62,895 nt of DNA, filler included, from Olpidium bornovanus S191 (GCA_017911155.1; 31 parts of 31 records of this genome joined end to end with filler, not necessarily neighbours in it), one strand, 5' to 3'. Positions 12,398 to 23,590 are shown, numbered from the whole stretch's first letter. The notes: generated from the letters alone by a model not told the origin. Translations and numbers: made by a program.

Positions 12398-13154
12398 GTA
12401 CGACGTTGTCGGCGACCACAAGGGCGCCAGGCCGGAGCAAGCCGAGCTTTTCAATCAGCTGGAGGTCGCTCAGGTAGCTGCATCCGCACGCAGACGGCGA
12501 CGATCGGATTCAGCAGGTGCGAATCCGCGAGGGGAACACCTGGCCAAATGTCGAAGCCGGTGATGGGTGTGGGAAGAGAAACTCACTAGTCCTTGTGGTG
12601 GTCAATAAAGACGCAGTCGACCTTTCCCTTCAGTTCCTCGCGGGCGGAAAGCTTAGGAAGGGCTTCGGCCGCAGTGCCGGGCACGAACTCCACCTTGTCG
12701 GCAAGACCGGCGAACGCCACCACCTCCTTCGCCACAGTGTTGGTCCTCTCCACCTCCGGGTCGATCGTGTAGACTTTTCCGCCGGGGGGAAGGAGGCGCG
12801 CGATACGGACGGCCGAGTACCCGACGAACGTCCCGAGTTCGACGACGGTCATCAGTGGGTCGACTTTCCGCAGCTCCTCGTCCAGGATGACGCCCTTCTC
12901 GTCGCCGACGCTGCACGGCCGCGCAAACGGGCGACGCGTTGGGATCGCCATCTCCGCCGCGCGGACGGGCACGCGCGAAACAGGGGGGCGGCGCGTCGGC
13001 GGCGCACCAGCTGCTGCTTCGCTCACCTCATGTGCCACGCTTTAGCCCAGCCGAACTCGTCCAAGGCGGCGAGGACAGCGTCAGGGTCGCGCGGGCGCGC
13101 GGTCTCCTTGACGAACGCGAGCGCTGCCGCGGGCGAGAACTCCGCTTTCGTCAT
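12398..13154 (-). CDS. COMT: Catechol O-methyltransferase family protein, 3' partial
   Basis: Exons 13027-13154, 12587-12910 and 12398-12477 give RDPDAVLAALDEFG...HMSVGDEKG...VVELGTFVGYSAVRIA...[35 protein letters not shown]. SAM-binding and COMT motifs present. Confidence 0.93.
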
Positions 13155-13714
13155 TTTGGGGTCCGCGGGGTGGCGGTTATCGGGGCGTCCGGAGGATGGG
13201 AGATTTTTGAGGGCGGGGCGGGTGTGAGGGGAGAATGGGGCGGGCGCGTTTTCGGGGGAGAGGCGAAAAGGCGACCGCGTGTGTGTGTGTGTGTGTTGGG
13301 GTGCGGCGCCACAATTGAAGAACGCATGGCTTATGGCCCACGGTAAAAAAAAAACCATCGGGGCTACCACCCTGGAATCGACACACCCAATCTCTGAGTC
13401 CGAGACGGCTAACGTCATCTTGTGTCAACCAATCATTTCTCAATANNNNNNNNNNNNNNNNNNNNNNNNNNNNNNNNNNNNNNNNNNNNTTAATTAATTA
13501 ANNNNNNNNNNNNNNNNNNNNNNNNNNNNNNNNNNNNNNNNNNNNAAAAAAAAAAAAAAAAATATAAGAGAAAACTCACGATAACAAAAATTCCCAAAAC
13601 ATGAAAAAAAAATTTCACAAAAAAAGAAAACTCAAAAAAAAAATCATAGAAAGTCAAAGCGAAAGGATTCGCTCCTCCCCTCACTTCCTTCCCCCCCCCT
13701 TTTTTTTTCGTGAC

Positions 13715-14947
13715 CTTTCCTCCTGCGACAGGGCCGGCGTTCCACTCGCCGGACCAGACCGTGGAGACGATCATGCCGCTCGTCCTCCAGAACTCGTCCG
13801 AGTCCCCGGCGCCCTTCCACTTCCACCGCTTTCTGGTCGGCGGGTCGTACACGACGGTCACCGTCGTCGCGTTGGCGTTGTAGCACCACGTGACGGACAC
13901 CAGCTTGTCCACTGTGAATTCTCCGCTCCGTATGACGCTCGGCAGGAGCGTCTCCGGGTAGTGTTCGTCCAGCAGCTTCACGGCCGGCGCGCTCAGGTTC
14001 AGCCCCTTCACCATGTCGGAGAGCCGCGTCTTCTTGCCCTCCGCCGGGACCGCGTCCGCCTCGCCGAGCGACCGGGAGAACAGGCAGGCGCCGAGCGGGA
14101 GCTCGGAACGGCTCTCTACGCCGACGCCGTCTTCCGCGCTCTCGTCGCCGCCGCCGCCGCCGGCCTGGCCGTCCTTCCGCTCCTCCTCCCGGGCGGGGGC
14201 GGCGGACGACGACGGGTCGTCCGGGTGGGGCCGCTCGGGGGTTCCGGGGCACGGGAGCGGCTGGCCCAGCATCGTTTTCAGGCTCTGCTGGCTCAGGCTC
14301 CTCCGCGAAGATAACCTCTCCGCCGCCGAGGGCCGCCCGGGCGCGGAGCGCGTATTTTTCCGCCGGGGTGACGAGGCGGACCGGCGCGGGTCCAGTTCCA
14401 GCGACTCGGCGCTGAACGACCAGGCGATTTCCGCCGCCCGCTCCCGGCCCTCCACCGCGTCCTCCTCCTTCTCTTTCTCCTCCTGCTTCTCCGCCGCCGC
14501 CGCCGCCTCCGCTTCTTCCGCCCGCCCCGCCTCGCCCTCCGCACCCGCCTCCGCCGCCGCCGCCGCCGCCGCATCGCCCGCGCCGTGCTGTTTCCGCGGC
14601 GGCTGCGGCGGGACGTTCAGCGACTTGGCCGAATCGTGCCGGAACGAGACGATGTTCGCGGCCGCCGCTTCCGCGTTAGTCGTCGACGGCGGCGAGACGT
14701 ATACCTCGACGGCCATTCCGCCGTTCGACGCCGGCGCCTCGCCGGTCGGCGGCGGTTGGGCCTTGTGGCACCGCCGCCTGGCGTCCGGTGCGACAACCGG
14801 CTTGCCGATGCGGCGCAGGAACGCTCCGACGGCGCGGGCGGCGCGCTGCAGTTGTGGGGGCGACGGCGGCCCCGCGGGCCGGTGGCTGGGGGGCCCGTCC
14901 TCGGCGAACGTAACGATCCGCTGCTTCTGCGCGACGATTGTCGGCAT
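13715..14947 (-). CDS. Hypothetical protein: disordered N-terminus followed by the start of a Trp-rich globular region; 3' partial
   Basis: Open for over 400 codons with GC-rich codon usage; ends at a gtcacg donor at 13714. No family recognised. Confidence 0.55.
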
Positions 14948-14974
14948 CGGAAAGAGAGGTGGGGGGAAAGGAAG

Positions 14975-15010
14975 GAGAGAGAGAGAGAGAGAGCGAAAAA
15001 AGAGAGAGAC

Positions 15011-15078
<68 letters not shown>

Positions 15079-15100
15079 GAAAGAGAGAAAGAGAGAGAGA
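14975..15100. repeat. (GA)n microsatellite at contig end
   Basis: About 125 nt of near-pure GA repeat running into the spacer. Confidence 0.9.
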
Positions 15101-15207
15101 NNNNNNNNNNNNNNNNNNNNNNNNNNNNNNNNNNNNNNNNNNNNTTAATTAATTAANNNNNNNNNNNNNNNNNNNNNNNNNNNNNNNNNNNNNNNNNNNN
15201 AAGGGGT

Positions 15208-15265
<58 letters not shown>

Positions 15266-15716
15266 AAAAATACAAAAACAAAAAACGTTCGCGTTCGGGG
15301 AGTGGGGGCGGGGTGGGAGGGGGGGCCGTGTGTGAACGTAGCACGAGGGGGGAGGGGGGGGGGACGGAGGGGGGGTCCGTAATGTCGGAAAGGGAGAAAG
15401 ACCCGAACACCTCTACGAACGTTTCACCCTCTGAAACGCCCTCTCTGTAGAAGGCTGCGCAGACGCGGAATAGAGCTCCTTAAAACTCCCCCGAAATCTT
15501 ACGCATAATCGCGCACCTTTCTTTTGCGGTCCCCCGGCTGTAAACCCGATGCCGCACGTGATTACAAGTGCCCTGCGACAGCGCCGATTACACGTGTCTC
15601 GCGTCAACGCCGGCCGGCATTCGTGTGGCCAATCCGTTTCTTTTTGGCATATTTTAACAATTAAATGCCCGTTGTTTTTAAAAGGAATCTTTTTTTTTAA
15701 AAAAAAATGGATTCTT

Positions 15717-16672
15717 CTATGTAGCAATGCCATGATGTTCGCCGGAGGAGCCGGATTCCTTGATCCACAGGTCGATGGTCACGGCGGAGACAAAAACCAT
15801 CGAAATAAACCCGACGACGATCAGGGCCAGGTCCATGAACTTATGGCGCCGCGTCGTCGCGACCGCCGCGTAGTGGAAAGCGGCCTGTTCAGGGTGGTCG
15901 GGGGCGGGGAAGGGGGAGGGGGAAGGGCAGGTGTCAGAGAGGAAAAACAAAAAAACACAAGCAACAGCAAAAAACGCGAAACACGGAACGGGCGGTCCAA
16001 AGAAAAAAATCAACAAATTCGCCGTACCGGGTATATGAACATGAGGGGGACGCACGCGAACGCGCCGACGAGGTTGACGAACTTCTCAAAGTCCGTGGAC
16101 CCAGCGAGGGCAACGGCCACGGTGGCCAGGCAGACGAGCAGGCGGAAGCTGTTTTTCAGCCACTTGACCTTCCCGGAGGCCCTACCACTGCCTCTAACGC
16201 CCGATGACGATGACAACGCCGCCGCGATGCGCTTGGACGGCGGAGCGGCGGCGGGGATGCTGTTGACCTTCTCGGCAGCGGCGACTGAATCGCGCGGCGC
16301 GAAGATGGGAGTTTCCATGATGCGGATGGCCTGTTTTTTTGGATTACCAAAAAGTGGTTTTCGACGGAGGAAAAAATTTAGGCCCGACGGGATATCCCCT
16401 TCAAATGCCAACAAAGGGAGATGCGGATTTGGCGCGCGCGCACGGCCAAAAAAAAAAAAAAAAGAAAAAAGAAAAAAGAAACGCCAGCGCATCACAACAC
16501 ACAACATCCACGCCCCCCCACACACACACACACACGAATGCTTACAGGGAACATGAAAAGTGGCACGGAAAGGAGGACGGCAAACGCGTACAGGATCTTG
16601 ACAGCGATCCCGACGGGGTCCCCAGGAGCAAAGTTAGCGAACGCGATTTCCTGGGTGCTGCCGCCGTAGGCC
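15717..16672 (-). CDS. Vacuolar amino-acid transporter, AVT3/AVT4 type (AAAP family), C-terminal part
   Basis: Exons 16546-16672, 16028-16330 and 15717-15884 give ILYAFAVLLSVPLFMFP|AIRIME...SGKVKWLKNSFR...DFEKFVNLVGAFACVPLMFIYP|AAFHY...DLALIVVGFISMV, ending in TAG. Confidence 0.9.
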
Positions 16673-16810
16673 NNNNNNNNNNNNNNNNNNNNNNNNNNNN
16701 NNNNNNNNNNNNNNNNTTAATTAATTAANNNNNNNNNNNNNNNNNNNNNNNNNNNNNNNNNNNNNNNNNNNNGCTTTGATTTGTTTTTTGTTTTTTTTTT
16801 TTTTTTTTTT

Positions 16811-16867
16811 TCACACCTTGCTGGAGTGTCAACGGGCGTCACGGATTTTGCGCGTGCCCGCAGCACA

Positions 16868-16920
<53 letters not shown>

Positions 16921-17701
16921 ATTCCCCCCCCCCCCCCCCCCCCCCCCGCATTTTCCTCCCACTTCTCACTCCCAAACAATACCGGGGCGGTCCTCTCGGT
17001 CTCTTTCTTTTTCCGCCCTTCTCCAGCCCCCCCCCCCTCTCTCTTTCTCACCTGGGCGCGACGGTCTCGAGGTCGAGCTCCTTCTTGCCCTTGAGCCAGG
17101 TGACGGCGACGTGGCGGGGGCCCTTGACGCCCCAGTCGACCTTCCCGCGGCGCGCGGCGCCGACGACGTCGACCAGGCGGCAGCGGGAGCCGTCGTCGCG
17201 GCGGTAGACCCTGACGTGGCAGTTCTCCCAGTCGGCGTCCTCGTGGCGCTCGTCGACCTCCCAGACGGGCACGAGGGCGATGCCCAGAGCGACGCACGCG
17301 GCGACCCGGTGGTGTCCGTCCTGGTTTGTTGTTGTTGTTTTTTTTTTTGGGCGAGCGGGGTCAGCAAAGGGGGGGGGGGGGTTAGAAAATTCCGCGGTCG
17401 CGGCCGAAAGGTGTTTTCGGTTTCGGCCGTGTGCGTTCCTTCTCCCTTTTCCTTTTTTTTTTTTTTTTTTTTTTTTTTCATGCGTTTTTACCAGGATCAC
17501 CCTCGGGAACGTGCTGGTGGTCACGGGGAGCGGGATCTGGGTGGACGGCGGGACGTCGCGCAGGTGGTCGGCCAGGCGGCGCACCCTCTCCGGGTCGGCG
17601 TCCTCGTGCGGCAGGAGCGTCGCGGGGTTGACGAAGGCGATCCTGGGGCCGATTGTGCCGATCTCCTCCGGCTCGCGGTGGGTGATGGACCGCGGCGTGT
17701 C
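16811..17701 (-). CDS. ParB/Sulfiredoxin-fold protein resembling the SerK/SbnI free-serine kinases; 5' end unresolved
   Basis: Exons 17492-17701 (70 codons) and 17052-17320 join in phase 0: LLPHEDADPERVRRLADHL...RVIL|DGHHRVAACVALGIALVPVW...DVVGAARRGKVDWGVKGPRH. A last exon at 16811-16820 (SKV-stop) is tentative. Confidence 0.75.
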
Positions 17702-18021
17702 CTTTGCCAGGGGGGTGGGGGGGGAGAAAAAAAGGTTTTACCGTGAGCGGGAAGAATAACGCGCGGGGACTCGGACGACCGGGGACCGGGGGAGTTTGGG
17801 GGGGGAAGGGGGGTGTGAACGTCGTATCCTCGCTCGGCCTTCCCCGCGCGGCGTTCGTGCGCGCTCCTCCGCCCGCCGCGGCGAAGAAACGAACGACACG
17901 CCATTCTTGTCTACCGCGTCTTCCCGTCTCTCCCTCCTCTCACACACTCTCTCTCTCTGTCTCTCGCTCGCCGCCTTCTTTCTTCTCTCTCTCTCTTTCT
18001 CTCTTCTCTTTCACAATTTCC

Positions 18022-18059
<38 letters not shown>

Positions 18060-18150
18060 CACTCTTTCTTTTCCCCCGCCGCACGCCGAACACTCGCGGA
18101 CTCTTTCGCTCTCTCTCTCTCTCTCTCTCTCCCGCCTTTCTTCTCGACGA

Positions 18151-18374
18151 ATGACCGCGGGACCTCTTCCTCCTCCTCCTCCTCCTCCTCCTCCTCCCCC
18201 GGCCCGCGCCCCGAGCGGCGGCCCGCCGCGCGCGCCCGCCGGAGGAGCAGGTGCAGCAGCCGCAGGCGGACGAGGAGGAGGCGGAGGAGGAGGAGGAGCA
18301 GCGCGGCCAGGAGCCGCCGACGCGTACTTCCGGTCGCCCACTTTCTGCAAGGAGGTGCTCGGCATCGCTCCCGA

Positions 18375-18375
<1 letters not shown>
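18151..18375 (+). CDS. Probable first exon of an unidentified gene (Pro/Gly-rich), divergent from the ParB/Srx gene
   Basis: ATG after a CT-rich tract; 75 codons ending ADAYFRSPTFCKEVLGIAPE; GT donor at 18376. Confidence 0.4.
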
Positions 18376-18416
<41 letters not shown>

Positions 18417-18707
18417 AAAATGGGAAAAAAAAAAAAAAAAAAGAAAGAAGAAAAAAAAAGAANNNNNNNNNNNNNNNNNNNNNNNNNNNNNNNNNNNNNN
18501 NNNNNNTTAATTAATTAANNNNNNNNNNNNNNNNNNNNNNNNNNNNNNNNNNNNNNNNNNNNTTTACGCTAGTCCATCCTCTGTCGATAAAAGGCGGCAA
18601 CCAGCGCTGAAAAAACGTAGCCCTTGAACCTGGACTTTGACCAAAAAAAAGCAGCTCTTGGAGGAAGTCTTTATTTGGCATGGGTCCTGTTTTCGCTTTT
18701 TGAGTTC

Positions 18708-18865
18708 GAGTTGCGACGGGTTCGCAAGTGCGCTTGTTTTGCTTGTGAGTTTTGCGAGGTGCGGGTGCGAGTTTGACTTGCAACGGCTCGCAAGTGCGCT
18801 TTTTTTTGTTTGCTTGTGAGTTTTGCGAATTGCGGGTGCGAGTTTGAGTTGCGAAGTTGCGACGG
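18708..18865. repeat. Imperfect tandem repeat (67- and 71-bp units plus a partial third)
   Basis: The unit ga(g/c)ttgc(g/a)acgg..tcgcaagtgcgctt..tttgcttgtgagttttgcga..tgcgggtgcgagttt starts at 18708 and 18775; a partial copy starts at 18846. Confidence 0.85.
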
Positions 18866-20850
18866 TTCTCAACGGTGGGGTGGGTCATTTTTGTGAGCCC
18901 CCCCGGCGGGAGGCATTCAGTGGCACTGGCGGCGCCGGATGACATCACCTTGACAACGACAACGTTGCCAAAATCATGGCAACGGCATCCATTCTTAATT
19001 TCCAAACCAGGCAGAAAAAGTGGTTGGGGCAAGGAAACTAATTTATAAAGAGAAGTTGCAGCCACGCTTCGCAACTTGTTCATAACTTTGTGGTATATTT
19101 TTAACATATTGTGGTGAGGGGTTTTTACACATTCTACATGTGTGTGATCTGCACACCGTTCCATTCGTCGTCACATCGCGAATACAAGAGGAACATCAAC
19201 GCTTGTAAAGGCATTTGCCATTAATTACATAACCTCTTTTTTGCATTTTCCACATTTTTCACTCGTTCGCTCGCTTTTCGCGCGTTCCGTTTTAAGCTCT
19301 TTGCGTGTACTCGCGAACCACTTTCCGCCTGGGACCCTAGCCGCAAGACGATATGGACCCAAAAGAGAGGCGCCCTTATGTTCGGAGGCCCCGGCTGCAG
19401 ATGGGGAAAACTATCTTTTCTGGGCCATCCAAAGCCCGGAACCTGCTTTGTCGCGAAAACAAAAAGGTTGGCTTTGTCGTCGCCTTTTGACGGGACCGGC
19501 GAAGAAGTCAAAGCAGGCAGCTGAGGGCTCCCCGGGCCCTTCGCGCGAAGGCGGATTGGCCTTTTGTGGCGGGATAACGGCGAGCGGGTTTGCTCGACCT
19601 ATGCGTCCTTGAGAAGGATCGGGCGGCGCTTTGGAAATGGCTCGCGGGACGTTTCAAAAAACCGGCAGATCCCTGCTTTTGCCACGCGCGCAGGGCTCCT
19701 TGGGCGACCTTGCGCGTCTTGGATTTCCCACCCCATCGCCCAGTACGATGCCCGCCTCCACGGAATCGTCGCCCAAGCTGGGCCTCTGCGGTGAGTCCGT
19801 AACAGAGGCGCGGATGATCCAGAAGCCCTGTCAACCACGGCCCGTAGCCTCGGCCGGGTGCTTGCGCAACAATCGCGCAACATGGCCTTCCGAAGTCATA
19901 AGTGCTCATGAATCACCTCCCGCCTGGCGGAGAGGAACCACGAACTCTGGCTCACCAACGCGGAACGCAGTTCTGCAGGGACGGCGGTTCCGAGGGAGGC
20001 TCACCGTACTGCTGAATGCAAAAAAAANNNNNNNNNNNNNNNNNNNNNNNNNNNNNNNNNNNNNNNNNNNNTTAATTAATTAANNNNNNNNNNNNNNNNN
20101 NNNNNNNNNNNNNNNNNNNNNNNNNNNCATGAAAGAGCGTGAAGAATCTGTTGAGATCCCAGTGCTCCCCGAAGTCCGGAGGGGGCTCAGGAAGTATATT
20201 ATGAGACTGCAGCAATCTGAAATGAATGAGCTTTGCGGCTTTCTGAGCGTTATTTACTGCAACTCCGTACAACGTAGGTATGATAAGTCCGACCTCTCTC
20301 CAGAAAATGCATCTCCGCTAGATTTTTTTGCCACGTACTCGGGGAAGGTTGACCGACGTATGCTGTAATTTTTGGCGATTGGAACCACTGCAAGCGTCGG
20401 ATCTCTGCCAGACAGAGCTGCCTCCATGCGTCCAGCTGTGAATCATTCCTGGGAGACAACGACATGCCCGTCGACACCCTGGAAAGCAGGGGGTATTGTG
20501 CTTATGCAAACACCTGCGAAATAAGTCCACCACCAACTACCGCTCAAAGCTTTGTCTGATGATTCGCCTGTTGCGCGGTTCCACGTTTCGGAACAACACA
20601 CATGGGTTCCCAGTGTCGTAGGAAAAAAACGTACACATTTTCCGTTGATAGCCCGTTTCGGAACGCACGCAGGCGCGGGTTTGAGAAAAACATCTCAGCA
20701 GCTAGGACCGCGGAATGAATGTCCCCGCAGACTCCAGGGAAGCCCCGTTTGCGATGGTGACAGCGGCAAGGAGCAGGCCTGCTTTCGTACACGCGAAAGC
20801 TTGCGTAATCTCGCAGACTGCCGCGGTTGTTCGGGTTCCGGGTGGGCTTT

Positions 20851-20875
20851 GGGTTGGGTTGGGTTGGGTTGGGTT
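20851..20875 (+). repeat. (GGGTT)5 tract, potential G-quadruplex
   Basis: Five perfect GGGTT units. Confidence 0.9.
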
Positions 20876-21038
20876 GTGGAACACGGGGAAACCGCTGAGG
20901 ATTTGAAAATTGCGCTGACAAGACCTTTGTGAGGCTCGGAGCAGGGCCGAAAACAAAGACATCTGCGAGACTCGGGGCAAGATGATTACAGCAGGTCCCG
21001 AGTGCCGGCCGCAAAAATGTATTGAGTGACGTGGCTTT

Positions 21039-22186
21039 CTAGTAATGATTGTAAGCTGGATTGCTGATTTTCCACGTTGGGGAGAGGAACCGGGGCCTGA
21101 CGTGAAAGAGAAAGTGCTCCCTCCACATCTGCACGAAGTCGACCAGCGGTTGCGGCGAACCGAGGCTGGAACACGCGCCCAAGATATGGGATGCCACGAT
21201 CTCGCCGTGGTCCCTGAAGCCGTCCACCTTCACGACAAGCGGAGCGTCGGCCAAAACCTGGAGCTCCGCGTCGGAGAGCGGGGCACAGTCCTCCTCCGCG
21301 GGAGGCGGGCCGCCCGCCGCCGCCGCCCGCCGCTGCTTCGGCGAGGGACCGCCCGTCCCCGCGGAGGGCGGCGGCGCGCCCGAGTCGTCTCCTCGGACGT
21401 ACCGGACAACGGTGTCCCAGAGTTCGGCGAGGCGTTCCGGCGGGATCTGCGCACGGTGCCTGAGCAGCGCGCCCGCGGCGTTGCGCGCCCTCGCGGCGCC
21501 GGGCAGCAGCGCGACCAGGCCCTTCCCGGCGAGCGGCGCGTCGTACCTCCGCGCCAGGTCGAGCCGGAGGCCGTTGGCGCGAGACTCGTACGCCGCCTTG
21601 CAGGCGCAGCACAGGGGCAGGCAGTCGTGGCTCGAGTGAGACTTAACCTCGGCGGGAAGGTGGCGCCTGTACTGCGACGGGACCACATGATGCACCGTGA
21701 GACCACCGTCGACGTGACCGCGCCCGCAGCCCACGCAGACGTTGGCGCGGTCCTCCAGGTAGAACTCGTCCTCCGGCCGCGCTCGGCCCGGGCCCGCCGG
21801 CTCGAACAGAAGGACGACGCTCGTGACGGCACCGCCGGCCCCGCCGCCGGGCGACGTCCCTGCCGCGCCGTCTTCGGCGAGCGGCGCGGCGAGCCCTCTG
21901 TCCAGGTACCACTCCAGCTTCTTCCTGCTGCAGCGGAACATGAGGCTGCCGTCCGGAGCGTGCACTTTGCAGTTGTGGTACACGATGTTCTCCCTGGTCT
22001 TGTACCTTCCGCCTTTTCCCGCGACACTCGGTCGGTCGGTCCCTTGCGCCTGCGGCCGGAGGGTGGCGTGCGGCTCGCTCCAGTCCATGGAAGGGCCTTC
22101 CATTGTTCTCGCGGCGCTCTGCAAGCGTTCGCTATTCTGGGGCGGCGGCGACGCGGGCGGCGGAGGCACTCCCGCGCCAAAGCCCC
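21039..22186 (-). CDS. Protein homologous to the C-terminal HNH-like/Zn region of EXD2; 5' exons unresolved
   Basis: YHNCKVHAPDGSLMFRCSRKKLEWYLDRGL, LLFEPAG, NVCVGCG, HHVVPSQYRRHLP..KSHSSHDCLPLC..C and QMWREHFL..VRPRFLSPTW parallel the EXD2 C-terminus. Splice acceptor at 22187-22189. Confidence 0.85.
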
Positions 22187-23249
22187 CTGTAGGAAAGAAG
22201 AAGGGGGCCGTTATTTATACATACCTCGTGCAGAGTTCTCTTTCCGACTACGTCTCCCACCACCGCCACCCGCTCCTCTGACGAAAGACGCGGTTGTCCG
22301 CTCTGCACACACGGTCAGGGGTCGGCTTAGTTCTCTTCTTCCCTTTCTTACGACTGTTGGCGTGGCTGCGCACGTGGCGGGCAGTAATGTGGGGCCCATC
22401 TGTCCCGGCGAGTGCGTACCTGTCTTCCGAGGCCGCCTGGTGTACAGCGAGGCCGGGGTGCAGGACCCTCGCGCGGTCTACCTCGCTTTATCTCTCGCCC
22501 GGGCTGCCGATTTCTTGATCCCGAAATGCAGCAGCTGGAGCGTGTCTCTGCCCTCTGGGATCCGTGAGCCGCAACGCGCTCTACCCCTCACCCCGGCTGC
22601 CGCTTTCCCTAGGCCGGGGCGCAGCGGCCAGCGCGTGCCACCGAGCCTAAACCGTGTAACTGAAAAGCTGTGTGACCGCAAGCCCGCCGCGATGGCAACT
22701 CCTCCAAAGATCGAGAAAAAGGCTGAAGGGAGGAGCTTCGCAAGAAAGGGGCTTGCTTCTATTGCAAGCAACTCGACCACATTGCCCTCGTGTGCCCCAA
22801 CAAAGACACTAAGAACTAGAGGAGAGCGCCCCCGCCGGCGGGGCGCCTCGACAAGGGAGACACCGGTACCTTGTACGGCAGCGGAACCGGTGGAAACCAT
22901 CAAAAGCAACTCAAGCAATTGGGGTGATAAAAATTCGACAGACAAACCGAAGTCGCCAACATAGACGCCGGTGCACAGGCATCCACGCCTCTGATAAACT
23001 TGTCTGGCGACGAAGCTCCCTACCTACAAACGACCACTGCGGAGGGTTGAGTTTGCCGTAGACATACAAGCGCACTCGTCAACTTACGTGCGAATTTCTG
23101 CCCAAATCGGCCCCTTTTCCCGCTCTCTCGAAATGCTTGTTGTGCCAATCACAATTGACATCCTGCTGGACTCCAGTGGTCGAAGTTGGGGAACCCAGAG
23201 ATAAACTGGGCGAAGGAAACCTTGCGGAGCTCCGCGACTGGCTTGCAGT

Positions 23250-23590
23250 GGCAGAAAATTTCTCAGCCCTGGATATAATTCAGGGTTTCTACCAGATCCC
23301 TGTTGCAAAAAGGACATTTCGAAAACAGCCTTCCGTACCCGATATGGGCATTTGAGTGGACAGTCATGCCTTTTGGCCTCCGCAATGCTCCTGCAACGTT
23401 CATCCGCTGGATGAACTCTGTGTTAAATGACCTCATAGACACGTATGTCGTTGCTTACATGGGCGACATCCTCATTTTTCTTGAACGGAAGAAGAGCATC
23501 GTTGTCATCTCAAGCTGTTTCTCGAGCGATGTCGGCAGCACTGAGATTTACGTCAATAACGAAAGTCCACTTTTTGGCAGCCATCGCTGG
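23250..23590 (+). mobile_element. Degenerate Ty3/Gypsy LTR-retrotransposon reverse transcriptase fragment
   Basis: [54 protein letters not shown] (YxDD decayed to YMGD) and [14 protein letters not shown] are spread over at least three frameshifts, followed by stops. Confidence 0.9.

Noticed and set aside
21045-22964. 639-aa plus-strand ORF, the longest in the window
   Set aside because: It is the antisense shadow of the GC-rich EXD2-like gene and has no recognisable motifs.
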